Shown here: one piece after another, positions 62,980 through 64,000 of the stretch
Layout of the letters: each line of letters starts with the position of its first letter
Numbering within the stretch: position 1 is the first letter of the stretch
Source: Camelus dromedarius
Taxonomy: Eukaryota
Reading direction: 5' to 3'
NCBI RefSeq assembly: GCF_036321535.1
Contig: NC_087441.1
Coordinates: 39,246,001 to 39,310,000 of the forward strand
Length of the DNA stretch: 64,000 bases
The notes under the pieces: generated by a model
Told to the model about the DNA's origin: nothing
The model's input: only the letters and a program-made list of their open reading frames with translations
Database searches by the model: none
Position numbers and translations under genes: made by a program

Positions 62980-64000
62980 ACATTTTATATTTTTAATAAA
63001 AATATTCCAAACTCCAAAACGGATTAAACTAACCTAATGCTCTTGACCAAAATCCTAGTCAAGTAGCTATAAGTACAAAGGCCCTGGCACTTGCCTCACC
63101 TCCAAGTAGCAGCGGCCTCCTCCTGAGGTTACTCTCCATGCTCAAGTCCAGCCTCAGTAGCTCAGCTTGCCCTTTTGCCTCTCCTCAAACCTCACAGTGT
63201 CCCAGCACACATTTTGTACTTCATTAACATTTAGTTAGAATCCAATGCTATAAATGATTAAACTGGAGCCAGATCCTTCCTTGTGTCAGCTCCTCAGGGC
63301 AGTCTAGGCTCCCTTGGGGACTTTGGGCAATGATGGGATTGGGTTGAATACATGATAATGATCAAGGAAGCAACCACACAAAGGAGAAAAATCTTCACCC
63401 TCACAGCTGCCACATAAAAGGTGCATGAACAGATCCACTGCTCCTTGCTATTTACCTCATGGGTGAGGGGCTACAAATGTCAAAATGTCAAGTATTGACT
63501 CTATTCTGGTTGCATGAGTGGGAAAAGGAGAAGGAGAGGGTAGGGGTAGGTGATACAAAAATTGAGACCCCAAGATAACTTAGTTGTAATTTAAAATTAT
63601 TATTAAATCAATGAAATTCTAATAGGAACATAGCAGTGGCCTAGTTCTGAATCCAAAACCATAAGGTTTCTTGAAAATTTTACAGTATAACAAGGAGAAT
63701 AATGGGAAACTCACAAACTCCATTCTCTTGAAACAGAAAATGTTTCTCCATAATAAGAGTATAGCTTGTGGCAGGGAAAATTGATCCAAAAGACCTATCT
63801 GAAGGCATATTTAGTAATGTTACTGGGCTTTAAAGATGAAGAAAGAATTTTGTGAGAATAGAGGCAAAAATATCATGTTAGTAATGAGTTAAGATGGCAC
63901 TGGATTTTTCCTTAACAATATTCAATCACAATGGACAATGGAGTAACACTTAAAATATATCCAAGTAGAGAACCAGCAAAACTGTCCTTAAAGTATAAAA

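Overview
Mammalian genomic DNA, probably a camelid (inferred from a tRNA-Ala-derived SINE with an AAACCTAATTACCTCCC tail), assembled with six sized N-gaps. The window covers the RWDD1 - CALHM4 - TRAPPC3L locus. RWDD1 lies on the minus strand with 7 coding exons from 18931 to 3308 (243 aa); exons 4 and 5 are almost entirely inside N-gaps, so their sizes are inferred. CALHM4/FAM26D is on the minus strand with 2 exons, 32592-32038 and 28836-28450 (313 aa, intact). TRAPPC3L/BET3L is on the plus strand; exons 1-3 are present (40595-47365) and the rest of the window is its intron 3. I found no CALHM5 coding sequence and no TRAPPC3L exon 4. The remainder is intron and intergenic sequence rich in L1, L2, MIR, LTR and DNA-transposon relics, which I named from remembered consensus sequences without running RepeatMasker. 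I see no clear novel gene system. The best leads are regulatory: an out-of-frame uORF overlapping the RWDD1 start, candidate far-upstream and LTR promoters for CALHM4 running antisense through TRAPPC3L, an in-frame cassette-exon candidate in RWDD1 intron 1, an orphan CpG island, an unexplained ~170-bp duplication, and gaps that coincide with RWDD1 exons.
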